DNA from: Chiloscyllium plagiosum
Taxonomy: Eukaryota
Reading direction: 5' to 3'
Length of the DNA: 64,000 nt
Assembly: GCF_004010195.1 (NCBI RefSeq)
Contig: NC_057760.1
Span: forward strand, 3,151,954-3,215,953
The translations under genes and the position numbers were made by a program. Shown here piece after piece: positions 37,552 to 49,155 of this stretch (positions are counted from its first letter, which is position 1; each line of letters starts with the position of its first letter). The notes below the pieces were generated by a model, which made no database searches, was not told where the DNA came from, and saw only the letters and a program-made list of their open reading frames with translations.

Positions 37552-37732
37552 GGCTAATCGTATATTTGGGGATGATGGTGGGGGCCTTCCTCTGGGGAGG
37601 TCTTGCAGACAGGATGGGCCGCAGGCAGTGTCTGCTCATCTCTCTTTCAGTAAACAGTGTCTGTGCTTTCTTCTCGTCCTTTGTGCAAGGATATGGGACC
37701 TTCCTGTTCTGCAGACTTCTCTCTGGTGTTGG
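37552..37732 (+). CDS. SV2A: SV2A coding exon 2
   Basis: ttgcag|GG CTA ... GG|gtaac; LIVYLGMMVGAFLWGGLADRMGRRQCLLISLSVNSVCAFFSSFVQGYGTFLFCRLLSGVG (MFS motif A). Confidence 0.96.
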
Positions 37733-38460
37733 GTAACGTAGACTGCTCTGCTTCCTTGCACCCTTTCTCATTCTGAAATTGTGTTGTGTTAGCCTGCCTT
37801 CCCTGAGGTGGGTTAACTTCCAGGAGAACCCCACCCTGTGACCTAGGAATGAATCATTCCTTTTACTAGCCAAGATCACAATTCATATGGAAAGTACATG
37901 CCATTGCTGGGTTAGAAAGAGAGGGGAAATTAGGCAGGATCACTATCCATTGACCCCTGGGCTAAAGACAGAGGGGAAATTTAACCAGGGTTTCTGCTCC
38001 TGATCACTGTCCAGTCACCTCCTGGTATAAAGATATTATTTTTTCATTCTCTTTATTCTTGGATTATGATACTGCCTACACAAAGAGGCTGTGTAAAGAT
38101 ATATTTGTAGTTTAAAACATTGTGTTTACTGAAGTTCATTGAGAGACGTATACATAACACTGCCATTCCCTGGAACAGTGAGAGCAGCCAGACAGAACTG
38201 AGGCAGTGGTTTTCTGAATGAAGTGACAGCTAGCTGATAACATTTAGTAGGTTCCTGGTCATGTGAGATCAATAAAAGAGAAACTCATAGCCTGCAAAGA
38301 GAGAGCATCTAAATTTCACTACCTGTTCATGCAGCGGTATTGGGAAAAATGTCTGGTAACTGTCCTCATTCACTATTTCCCTGTAAACTGCTCTCGCTGC
38401 AAATTTCTTTGTTGAAAGAAAAACCAGCTTCAATGATGGTGCTGAACAGCTGAACAGATT

Positions 38461-39783
38461 ATAGAACATAGAACATTACAGCACAGTACAGGCCCTTCGG
38501 CCCTCAATGTTGTGCCGACCTGTCATACCAATCTGAAGCCCATCCCACCTACACTATTCCACGTACGTCCATATGCTTGTCCAATGACGACTTAAATGTA
38601 CTTAAAGTTGGTGAATCTACTACTGTTGCAGACAAAGCATTCCATACCCTTACTACTCTCTGAGTAAAGAAACTACCTCTGACATCTGTCCTATATCTAT
38701 CACCCCTCAATTTAAAGCTATGCCCCCTCGTGCTCTCTGTCACTATACTTGGAAAAAGACTCTCCCTGTCCACCCTATCTAACCCTCTGATTATCTTATA
38801 TGTCTCTAAACCTTCTTCTCTCTAACGAAAACAGCCTCAAGTCCCTCAGCCTTTCATTGTAAGACCTTCCCTCCATACCAGGCAACATCCTACTAAATCT
38901 CCTCTGCACCCTTTCCAAAGCTTCCACATCCTTCTTATAATGCAGTGACCAGAACTGTACACAATACTCCAAGTGCAGCTGCACNNNNNNNNNNNNNNNN
39001 NNNNNNNNNNNNNNNNNNNNNNNNNNNNNNNNNNNNNNNNNNNNNNNNNNNNNNNNNNNNNNNNNNNNNNNNNNNNNNNNNNNNNNNNNNNNNNNNNNNN
39101 NNNNNNNNNNNNNNNNNNNNNNNNNNNNNNNNNNNNNNNNNNNNNNNNNNNNNNNNNNNNNNNNNNNNNNNNNNNNNNNNNNNNNNNNNNNNNNNNNNNN
39201 NNNNNNNNNNNNNNNNNNNNNNNNNNNNNNNNNNNNNNNNNNNNNNNNNNNNNNNNNNNNNNNNNNNNNNNNNNNNNNNNNNNNNNNNNNNNNNNNNNNN
39301 NNNNNNNNNNNNNNNNNNNNNNNNNNNNNNNNNNNNNNNNNNNNNNNNNNNNNNNNNNNNNNNNNNNNNNNNNNNNNNNNNNNNNNNNNNNNNNNNNNNN
39401 NNNNNNNNNNNNNNNNNNNNNNNNNNNNNNNNNNNNNNNNNNNNNNNNNNNNNNNTAACCCTCTGTTTTCTTTCAGCAAGCCAATTACTGATCCAAACTG
39501 CTATATCTCCCACAATCCCATTCCTCTGCATTTTGTATAATAGCCTACTGTGGGGAACCTTATTGAATGCCTTGCTGAAATCCATATACACCACATCAAC
39601 CGGTTTACTCTCATCTACGTGTTTGGTCACCTTCTCAAAGAACTCAATAAGGTTTGTTTAGGCACGACCTACCCTTCACAAAACCTTGCTGACTTTCCCT
39701 AATCAAATTATTCTTTTCTAGATGATTATAAATCCTATCTCTTATAACCTTTTCCAACACTTTACCAACAACTGAAGTAAGAT
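38461..39783 (-). mobile_element. CR1 LINE fragment spanning an N gap
   Basis: LTSVVGKVLEKVIRDRI...SQQGFVKGRSCL; VDVVYMDFSKAFNKVPH; HLEYCVQFWS; (TTCTATG)n tail. Confidence 0.9.
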
Positions 39784-39823
39784 TGTGGTGTGTAACCAAG
39801 CCTTTTTCATTCACTTGCTCTAG

Positions 39824-39975
39824 AATTGGTGGTTCTATTCCCATTGTGTTTTCTTACTTCTCGGAGTTCCTCGCCCAGGAGAAGCGAGGGGAGCACCTGA
39901 GCTGGCTTTGCCTGTTCTGGATGATCGGAGGAATTTATGCCTCAGCGATGGCATGGGCCATCATCCCTCACTACG
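39824..39975 (+). CDS. SV2A: SV2A coding exon 3
   Basis: ctctag|A ATT GGT ... TAC G|gtaag; IGGSIPIVFSYFSEFLAQEKRGEHLSWLCLFWMIGGIYASAMAWAIIPHY. Confidence 0.96.
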
Positions 39976-40114
39976 GTAAGGGCATCAAAGTCAGGTGCAA
40001 GAGCTACACAACAAATATCAAGTCAACCTGGGATGGAGTACTGAGGATGGGTCAAGGACCAGACAATAATGCAGGGAGTTCAAGGCCAATATCATAATCA
40101 TTGTGTCTAAAACA

Positions 40115-40433
40115 TGGCGGCACGGTGACTCAGTGGTTAGCACTGCTGTCTCACAGCACCAGGGTCCCAGATTCGATTCCAGCCTCGGCCGATTGTCTGT
40201 GTGGAGTTTGCACATTCTCCCCGTGTCTGCGTGGGTTTCCTCCCATAGTTTCCTCCCATAGTCCAAAGATGTGCAGGTTAGGTGAATTGGCCATGCTAAA
40301 TTGCCCACAGTATTAGGTGCATTAGTTAGGGGTAAATGTAGGGGAATGGGTCTGAGTGGGTTGCTCTTCGAAGGATCAGTGTGGATTTGTTGGGCTGAAG
40401 GGCCTGTTTCCATACTGTAGGGAATCTAATCTA
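40115..40433 (+). mobile_element. HE1-type V-SINE
   Basis: Full head, V domain and tail. Confidence 0.88.
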
Positions 40434-40697
40434 AAACTAGGTGTGAAATTCCAGCACGGTTCTCAAATAACAGGTGCACCACCAGTGTGTTTAATACAGA
40501 TAAATTGTGCTGGTCTCATATGGGGGAATGTTTGATGGGGACAACATCAAAGAGGTTTTACTCTGTATGTAACCACATACTATACAAGTGCTAGGAGTGT
40601 TCAATGGGGACAATGGAGAGGAAGCATTACTCTACCAAATCCCATTCTGTACTGGTGCTGGGAAACTAATTAATACTGATATATTACACTGACCCAC

Positions 40698-42002
40698 TGA
40701 TGTACAGCATGGAAATAGACCCTTCGTTCCAACCCGTCCATGCCGACCAGATATCCCAACTCAATCTAGTCCTACCTGCCAGCACCCGGCTCATATCCTT
40801 CCAAACCCTTCCTATTCATATACCCATCCAAATGCCTTTTAAATGTTGCAATTGTACCAACCTCCACCACTTCCTCTGGCAGCTCATTCCATACACGTAC
40901 CATCCTCTGCATGAAAAAGCTGCTCCTTAGGTCTCTTTTATATCTTTGCCCTCTCACCCTAAACCTATGTCCTCTAGTTCTGGACTCCTCGACCCCAGGG
41001 AAAAGACCTTTTCTATTTATCCTATCCATGCCTCTCATGATTTTATAGACCTCTATAAGGTCACCCCTCAGCCTTCGATGCTCCAGGGAAAACAGCCCCA
41101 GCCAATTCAACCTCTCCCTATGCTCAAATCCTCCAACCCTGGCAACATCCTTGTAAATCTTTTCTGAACCCTTTCAAGAGGTCTCTTTGTTCAGCAACAC
41201 TCCCTAGGACCTTACCATTAAGTGTATAAGTCCTGCTAAGATTTGCTTTCCCAAAATGGAGCACCTCACATTTATCTAAATTAAACTCCATCTGCCACTT
41301 CTCAGCCCATTGGCCCATCTGATCAAGGTCCCGTTGTAATCTGAGGTAACCCTCTTCGCTGTCCACTACACCTCCAATTTTGGTGTCATCTGCAAACTTA
41401 CTAACTGTACCTCTTATGTTCACATCCAAACCATTTATATAAATGGTGAAAAATAGTGGACCCAGCACCGATCCTTGTGGCACTCCACTGGTCACAGGCC
41501 TCCAGTCTGAAAAACAATCCTCCATTATCACCCTCTGTCTTCTACCTTTGAGCCAGTTCTGTATTCAAATGGCTAGCTCTCCCTATATTCAATAAGACCT
41601 AACCTTGCTAACCAGTCTTCCATGGTGAACCTTGTCGAACGCCTTACTGAAGTCCAGCTTTATTCCTGATTAAGGGCTTTTGCCCGAAACGTCGATTTTG
41701 CTGAAGCTCCTCGGATGCTGCCTGAACTGCTGAGCTCTTCCAGCACCATTGATCCAGAATCTGGTTTCCAGCATCTGCAGTCATTGTTTTTACCTTCCAT
41801 ATAGATCATGTCCACCACTCTGCCCTCATTAATCCTCCATGTTACTTCTTCAAAAAACTCAATCAAGTTTGTGAGACATGGTTTCCCATGCACAAAGTCA
41901 TGTTGACTATCCCTTATCAGTCCTTGCCTTTCCAAATACATGTACATCCTGTCCCTCAGGATTCCCTCCAACAACTTGCCCACCACCGACGTCAGGCTCA
42001 CT
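40698..42002 (-). mobile_element. CR1 LINE RT/3' fragment with internal deletion
   Basis: SGVPQGSVLGPLFFTIYIN...SKFADDTKIGG; LTSVVGKLLEGILRDR. Confidence 0.92.
41657..41795 (+). mobile_element. Penelope-like end fragment inserted in CR1
   Basis: TCCA on both flanks; CTGATTAAGGGCTTTTGCCCGAAACGTCG...GATGCTGCCTGAACTGCTG. Confidence 0.7.
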
Positions 42003-42416
42003 GCTGCTTGAACGTTACCGAAGGTAAGGACTGGTTTGCACTAAATCATTGAACCCTCATAAAATGCAGCAATATTGTAACTCAGCCCTTCTGTGTAACA
42101 CTGTGTCACACTCTTTTCTCTGAACTTCCTCTATCATTTCGCCCCTACCTCTGATCTACTTACCCTGCTTATTTCATGCTACAATCTTCCTTTATATTGG
42201 GTTTTTAATCTCATATCAACACTTCTGTTCTCTTTTATTTGTGTTAATGTCACATACTGCTCTCTTTCCCATCCTTCCTGTCACTATCCTTTCCCTTCCC
42301 ATCTTGTTCCATCCCCATATCCTGTCCTCATCCAATTCTCTTAATTTCCTGCACGGTCTCAATTCAATCACTCTCCTCCATCCCCCACCTCTCCCTTTCC
42401 TTCCCTTTCCCTCCAG

Positions 42417-42550
42417 GCTGGAGTTTCCAGATGGGATCAGCATACCAGTTCCACAGTTGGCGAGTCTTTGTTCTTGTCTGTGCCTTTCCTTCCGTCTTTG
42501 CGATTGTGGCCCTCAACTTCATGCCTGAGAGTCCTCGCTTCTACCTAGAG
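42417..42550 (+). CDS. SV2A: SV2A coding exon 4
   Basis: ctccag|GC TGG ... GAG|gtaac; WSFQMGSAYQFHSWRVFVLVCAFPSVFAIVALNFMPESPRFYLE. Confidence 0.96.
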
Positions 42551-42644
42551 GTAACTACCACTGTTTCCCCTCTTTCACTACATGCTTGCTTACAATCCTC
42601 AACACGACCCACAGGCACAAGGCTGGCAGAAGATTTTCATTAAT

Positions 42645-43000
42645 TTAGAGAGCTTTACTCTGTATCTAATCCCATGCTGTCCCCATACTGAGTGTTTGAT
42701 GAGGATACTGCAGAGAAGGCTTAACTCTGTTCCAAAAGCTGTGCTCTCCCTGTCCTGGAGTGTCTGATGGGGACACTGTAGAGAGCTCTTTACTTCCAGT
42801 TTAAAAAACTAAGAGTTTTACTTTCAGTTTAAAAGAGTAGACAGAATGTTTTTCTGTACGTAACCCCACGATGTACTTGTCCTGCGAGTGTTTGATGGGG
42901 ACTGTGTAGAGTAAGCTTTACTTTGTTTAAAAGAGTCAAGGCAGTTTTACTCTGTATTTCACCCTGTGCTGTACCTTCCTTGACTGGAAATGAGAGTTGT
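42645..43000. repeat. Degenerate ~69-bp satellite (also ~40520-40660, ~44830-44939, ~45584-46530)
   Basis: Consensus GGGAGTGTTTGATGGGGACAGTGTAGAGGGAGCTTTACTCTGTATCTAACCCNGTGCTGTNCCTGTCCT. Confidence 0.8.
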
Positions 43001-43236
43001 ATTTCCTTCATAATGTGATGTGGAATGAGATGCTGTATGAGTCTCTGTCTTGAGTTTATTGCTGTGATATTGGAACTGCTAGTATTTGGATCCAAGTAGT
43101 TCACGCCTGGAAAGGTGTCAGCACTGCTCACATTAGAGGAACTACCCGACAGAGAGAGACAGTGACAAATCTGATTAGTCTGAAAAGTTTGCAGATTATT
43201 CCAGCAGAGTGACCTGCTCTATCTATCTTCTGACAG

Positions 43237-43326
43237 AATGGCAAACACGATGAGGGCTGGATGATTCTCAAACAGGTTCATGACATCAACATGAGGGCCA
43301 AAGGCTTCCCGGAACGGGTCTTCTCT
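43237..43326 (+). CDS. SV2A: SV2A coding exon 5
   Basis: tgacag|AAT ... TCT|gtgag; NGKHDEGWMILKQVHDINMRAKGFPERVFS (not in ORF track, translated by hand). Confidence 0.95.
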
Positions 43327-43474
43327 GTGAGTATCTTGATTTGGTCACAACTCACTGAACTTTGAGTTAATGATAGGCTTTTCAGGTTGTGGCAAGGCTA
43401 GCTTTCTTTAATAAACTAGTCACTGCATAGAGATTTCCCTCCTCTCTAAATTCCAGATCATTGGATATTGATCT

Positions 43475-43870
43475 GCGACTGGGCTTGTATACCCTTGAGT
43501 TTAGAAGACTGAGAGGGGATCTGATTGAGACATATAAGATTATGAAAGGATTGGTCACTCTGGCAGCAGGAAACATGTTTCCGCTGATGGGTAAGTGCCG
43601 AACCAGAGGACACAGCTTAAAAATACGGGGTAGACCATTTAGGACAGAGATGAGGAATGCTCTGCCCCAGAGGGCAGTGGAGGCCCAGTCTCTGGATTAA
43701 TTTAAGAAAGAGTTGGATAGAGCTCTCAAAGATAGTGGAATCAAGGGTTATGGAGATAAGGCAGGAAGAGGATACTGATTAGGAATGATTAGCCTTGATC
43801 ATATTGAATGGCGGTGCAGGCTCGAAGGGCTGAATGGCCTACTCCTGCACCTATTGTCTATTATTGTCTA
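43475..43870 (+). mobile_element. CR1 LINE 3' end
   Basis: LGLYTLEFRRLRGDLIETYKIMKG...RTRGHSLKIRG; CTATTGT tail. Confidence 0.88.
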
Positions 43871-44433
43871 TCATGAGCAGAAGCTCTAGCTGATTTAACC
43901 TCTCTCTCTTATCCGGGGTCATTGGACAATGATCAGGACGAGGAACCCTGGCTAATTTCTCCTTGCTGTCTAACCCAGGGTTTGTGCTGCTAATCAAACA
44001 GGCCATCTTTCTTGGATGTTGTTGAACTCCTGGAGTATTGTAGCAGCTGCCCTAATCCAGAAAAAGTGCAGCCCATTCCGGAATTTGTCTTGTAGGTCCT
44101 GAAGAGTCTCAGTGAACAGTTGCAAGTTAAGTGATGATTGTTATCTGATCTGCAGATTTATTCATCTATAGTCACATTTCATATGATAAATTAAATGTGA
44201 CAATTTTTCTTAAGCTTCACAATCATTTTGTTCCCTTTGAATGAAGGTTATGCTGTGGTTTGATATGTTATTCTGCGTGTCAGTTGTTAGTTTATTCACT
44301 GGTTAGCTCTCCTGCATCCTTTGCATATACATTGCCATAGAAGGTTTTGAACACTGCAGTAAAGTTAATTATGAGTAGTTTTATTGAGCTGCACTATGTC
44401 TTTGCTCAATGCTGATTGTTTGTGTTTCCACAG

Positions 44434-44544
44434 GTAACGCACATTAAAACCCCCAAACAGCTGGATGAACTGATCGAGATCCAGTCAGATACAGGCACTT
44501 GGTACCGACGCTGGCTAGTCCGCTTCACCAACATCTTTCAGCAG
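44434..44544 (+). CDS. SV2A: SV2A coding exon 6
   Basis: ccacag|GTA ... CAG|gtata; VTHIKTPKQLDELIEIQSDTGTWYRRWLVRFTNIFQQ. Confidence 0.95.
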
Positions 44545-44711
44545 GTATACATCCTCAGACATAATTATACATCATGCAGCCAGGAAGCGCATGTATCATT
44601 AGAATTTCCCTCCTATGGGGTGTGGCACACAGATAAAGGTAAAGCAGGGAAATAAGGTTGTGCATTGGATTGACAGCAACGCATTCATTCATTTACTGTC
44701 TGTTTGTGCAG

Positions 44712-44800
44712 GTTCGGAGCAACTTCCTGCAGTGTTTCTCAATCCAGTACCGCCGTACAACATTCCTTATGATGGCAGTTTGGTTCACAATGGCCTTTAG
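44712..44800 (+). CDS. SV2A: SV2A coding exon 7
   Basis: gtgcag|GTT ... AG|gttgg; VRSNFLQCFSIQYRRTTFLMMAVWFTMAF(S). Confidence 0.93.
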
Positions 44801-44939
44801 GTTGGTTTGTTATTCAGTCCTGGCAGACTGTGTGTTTGACGGGGTGTGGAGGAAGAAGGAGAAGGAGTTTATATCTAAATCCATGCTATACTTTTCATAG
44901 GAGTGTCTGATGGGGATGGTATAGCAGGAACTTTACTTT

Positions 44940-45583
44940 TGCTATGGACTAAGCCAGACCACTCAAAACATTTTTAAGCAAGCAGCTCAGACTTTAACTT
45001 TGCCATTTGTTTCAGTAGGTGTGCAGTGATAATTACCCGGATTGAGTTAGCTAGGTTGACTGCTTGATTTTAAAACAGAAAGATTTATTCACAAAATTAT
45101 ACAATGAAACACAAAGAACCGAATAAAGAACCCCTCCAGAACTCAGCCTATCCAATTAGACTTAATTATGCTGTTCCGAATATGCACAACCCAATCACAA
45201 TAAGCAAACTGCCTTTAAAAACCAGTATAAATGGAACATATGCTTACAGGTTGAAGTTGTAGGGCAGAAGAGAGAGGATTTCCACACAGTTCCCTGTTTA
45301 ACTCTTCACCAGGTCAGACTGAACTAAAACTGCTCAGTTCAGCTAGAGAGCTGACCATTCCCCTTTCTTATTCCAGGTCACTTCTAAAACATGTCCACTT
45401 TGGCCTGAAGTCTCATCTGCTTACATATAAACAAAAGGCCTCTCAAAATCCTTTTCATCTCTGTGCCAAACCTGACTGATCGGAGCCTGGCCCAGTTAAT
45501 TACCCCTCTGAAAAAAATCAAGGACAGAGTCTCCTTGAGCCAACGAACAACTTTTAGAGAAAAAAGGAACAAGCTTTGTGACA
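44940..45583 (-). mobile_element. Solo LTR, 644 bp, inserted in the 69-bp satellite
   Basis: TG...CA termini (TGCTA...TGACA) with 4-bp TSD CTTT; minus-strand AATAAA near 45084. Confidence 0.8.
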
Positions 45584-46530
45584 CTTTGTATCTGACGATG
45601 TGCTGTCCCTGTCCTGACAGTGTTTGATGAGGGCAGTATAGAGAGAGCTTTATTCTGTATCAAACCTTGAGAATGTTTGATGGGAACAGTGTAGAGAAAG
45701 CTGTATTCTCTATCTAACCCCATTCTGTTCCTGCTCTGACAATATTTGATGGTACAGGTAAAGGAATCTTTACTCTGTCTCTAAACTTGTGGTGTACCTG
45801 CCCTGGCAGTGTTTGATAGGATAGGCAGAGAGCTTGACTTTTAGTTGAGAAAGGAGGCAGCTTTACTTTGTATCTATCTTGTGCTGTCCCTGTCCTGGGA
45901 GTGTTTGATAGGGACAGCATCAAGGTAGCTTTACTTTCAGTTTAAAAGAGGAGTTTATTCTGTTGTTAATGTCCTGGGAGTATTTGAGAAGTGTAGAATG
46001 AGCTTTATTCTGTATCTGACCCCATGCTTTCCCCATCCTGTGAGTGTATGTTGTTTCTGGGGAGTAGGGGTGCAGGAGGGAGATAGTATAAAGGGTGTTT
46101 TAGTGTAACTAACCCTGTGCCTTACCCGAATTGTGAGTGTTGACTGGGACAGTGTTAAGGAAGTTTTATTTCTATTTATTTATAGTTTTAAAAAGTAGAG
46201 GTAGCTTCACTATTTATCTAATCTTGTGCTGTCCCTGTTCCGAGAGGGTTTGACAGGGGAGAGTGTAGAGGTAGCTTTACTCTGTATCTCACCCTGTGCT
46301 ATCACTGTCCCAGGAGTGTTTGATGGGGACAGTGTCAAGGGAACTTTACTTTCAGTTTAAAATAGTAGAGAGAGTTTCTTCTGCATATAACCCCATACTG
46401 TGTCTATTCTGGGAGTGTTTGGATGGGGAAAGCATAGGATGAATTTACTCCATATCTAACCTGCACTATACTTGTTCTGGGTGAGGTTGATTGGAACAAT
46501 GTAGAGAAAGCTTTTACTCTGTAACCAAAC
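45584..46530. repeat. Degenerate ~69-bp satellite block
   Basis: Repeated GTGTTTGAT.GGGACAG...GCTTTACT.TGTATCT. Confidence 0.85.
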
Positions 46531-46600
46531 TGATGTTTCTGAAATACAATCGGAGTGTGGTTGCCACACAGCCTTCTGATACAAGCTCTGTGTTCTTCAG

Positions 46601-46765
46601 TTACTATGGTCTGACAGTGTGGTTCCCGGACATGATCAAACATTTGCAGATGATGGAGTACTCCTCACGCACTAAAGTCTTCTACAAGGAGAAGGTTGAA
46701 CATTTCACCTTTAACTTTACACTTGAAAATCAAATTCACAAGAATGGTGATTACTACAACGACAA
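46601..46765 (+). CDS. SV2A: SV2A coding exon 8
   Basis: cttcag|T TAC ... AA|gtgag; YYGLTVWFPDMIKHLQ...EHFTFNFTLENQIHKNGDYYND(K). Confidence 0.95.
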
Positions 46766-47369
46766 GTGAGTGCCCACAAAATTACATAAAAGACACGGAG
46801 AGTCCTAGGTGTAATATTAGAGTCTTAATGGAAGCACAACCTTCCCTATAGCTGTGGGCACGGGTTGTCTTCCAGACGGATCCACTCCGAGGGACAGGGA
46901 AAGCAATGGAGTTGAGCAGGCATCACACTCCACCTAATGTTATGGCCTCACCAGATGTGAAGCTGGGAATCAGATTGGAAACTCTAGTTGATCTCTATGT
47001 GAGCTGAGATTAGAGATCAGATGTTCCCAGTCCTTACGGTGTGGATTATCTTACCATTCATTTACACATTGCGGATCTGTTTGACATTACCCGTCTATGC
47101 TTGGTTTGGTATGAAAATCTTAAAACTGTCCTTTCAGGGCAAGGCTTCAAAAGTCCATCTTACAACCCCCATGCAGGGTCTGTGAGCTGGAATTTAGGGG
47201 TCACAAGCTCAGAGGCAGCTAGGCTGCAATGTTGCTTGGGATCCCTCACTCACACCAAGGTCTTGTCTCTCACTCTCCCTATGCTCACAGAGGAGTTAGA
47301 ACAATTTTCATGCTGAAAGCACAGCATTAAGAGATAATTATGATATTATTTTCTTGTTACCTTGGACAG

Positions 47370-47503
47370 ATTTATTGGGATGAAGCTGAAATCAGTGATA
47401 TTCGAGGACTCCCTGTTTGAAGAATGTTATTTTGAAGACATTACCTCGAGTAACAGTTTCTTCAAGAACTGCACCTTTATCTCAACACTCTTCTACAATA
47501 CAG
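47370..47503 (+). CDS. SV2A: SV2A coding exon 9 (luminal pentapeptide-repeat domain)
   Basis: ggacag|A TTT ... ACA G|gttta; FIGMKLKSVIFEDSLFEECYFEDITSSNSFFKNCTFISTLFYNT. Confidence 0.95.
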
Positions 47504-47872
47504 GTTTACTAGCTGCATGTCTTGTGCTTGTTACTACCAACTGCTCTCACTTCCACTCCATGTAACTGTGTTAAATGGTGAGAGCTTGTTTGTATTATCA
47601 AGGGGAACCTATGGGCATCTGTCAGAAAGTAGGCTGTCTGAAGCTCTTCCCAATATTAATTGGAACAGCGTGCTATGGACAGTGTCTCTGAGTGGACTCA
47701 CTGTGCTTGAATGGGGAATATATGTATGTTCGGGGCTGGAAGTTTAATTAGAGGATCTGCTCCTGATTAGTACTCAGATGTAGGGTGAAGTGGGGGAACT
47801 GGATTGTCAGTTGTCTGGAGAGTTAGAATGTCCTTGCGATGTCATGCTGATGAACTGTTATTGTTTATACAG

Positions 47873-48076
47873 ATTTCTTTGACTATAAGTTGATGGGCTG
47901 CCGTCTGATAAACAGTACGTTCTTGCACAGTAAGGAGGGCTGTCAGCTTGACTTCAGCGATGATAACAATGCCTACATGATCTACTTTGTTAGCTTCCTG
48001 GGATCTCTAGCTGTACTGCCTGGAAACATAGTGTCTGCTCTTCTCTTGGACAAGATCGGTCGGCTTAGGATGCTGG
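47873..48076 (+). CDS. SV2A: SV2A coding exon 10
   Basis: atacag|AT TTC ... CTG G|gtgag; FFDYKLMGCRLINSTFLHSKEGC...LAVLPGNIVSALLLDKIGRLRML. Confidence 0.95.
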
Positions 48077-48309
48077 GTGAGTGGCAGCAGTAGTAAATGA
48101 GGTATATGGAATTGTGTCTCATTCTTCAGGGCTCCAGATGTTTTGATTGATGTGTAAGTGCCTCCTTACACCTTACTGCTAGCCCTGTCCTAGCCAGTCA
48201 AGTTATACCATATAACTGTGCCATACCATAATCCAGATGATAGATTTTCTTGAGCTTTGTAGTGTGTAATAACTTTTCTCTCTCTAATCTTTTTTCCCCC
48301 TACCGCTAG

Positions 48310-48469
48310 CTGGCTCCAGCACACTCTCCTGCATCAGCTGTTTCTTTGTGTCCTTTGGTAATAATGAGTCTGCAATGATCGCACTGCTCTGTCTATTCGG
48401 GGGAGTCAGCATTGCTTCATGGAACGCACTCGATGTCATTACAGTGGAGCTCTATCCATCTGATAAGCG
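48310..48469 (+). CDS. SV2A: SV2A coding exon 11
   Basis: cgctag|CT GGC ... CG|gtatg; GSSTLSCISCFFVSFGNNESAMIALLCLFGGVSIASWNALDVITVELYPSDK(R). Confidence 0.95.
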
Positions 48470-48562
48470 GTATGAGTCAGTCTCTTGCAAGGGTGCTGGT
48501 TTCCTGGTAATGTTACCTCTACCTTTTCTTTGTCAACCATGGGCTGCACCCCTCCCTTGGAT

Positions 48563-48735
48563 TGGTTTAGCTCAGTTGGCTGGATAGCTGGTTTGTGAAG
48601 CGTATGATGCCAATAGCGTGGGTTCAATTCCCATCACTGGCTGAGGTTACCCTGAAGGACTCTCCCCTTACCTGAGGTATGGTGGCCCTCATGTTAAATC
48701 ACCACCAGTCTTCTCTCTCTCTAATGAGACAGCAA
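48563..48735 (+). mobile_element. tRNA-derived SINE (second family)
   Basis: A box TAGCTCAGTTGG, B box GGTTCAATTCC; homologous to 23460-23705. Confidence 0.65.
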
Positions 48736-48971
48736 AGTTGTTGGTACATGTGTTTAAGTTTCTGTATCTTCTGCCTGATGGAGAGGTTGGAAGAGAGCAT
48801 TACCAGGGTGGGAGGAATCTTTGATGTTGGCAGCCTTTCCACAGCAATAAGAAGTGTTGATGGAGTCCACGGGTGGGAGGTTGGTTTTCGTGATGGTTCG
48901 AGCTGTGTTGATTCTGTTTTCTTTTGCCCTGTTTTCTGTTAATTAAATCAGTGTTTTTTTTATTCTGCTAG

Positions 48972-49155
48972 GACCACAGCCTTCGGATTTCTCAATGCTC
49001 TGTGTAAGCTGGCGGCCGTACTGGGCATCAGTATATTCCAATCCTTTGTGGGGGTCACCAGAGCAGTGCCCATCATATTGGCCTCTGTTGCCCTGGCATT
49101 GGGCAGTTACCTGGCTCTAAAACTCCCAGAGACTCGTGGCCAGGTGCTGCAGTGA
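48972..49155 (+). CDS. SV2A: SV2A terminal coding exon
   Basis: tgctag|G ACC ... TTAFGFLNALCKLAAVLGISIFQSFVGVTRAVPIILASVALALGSYLALKLPETRGQVLQ TGA. Confidence 0.96.
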
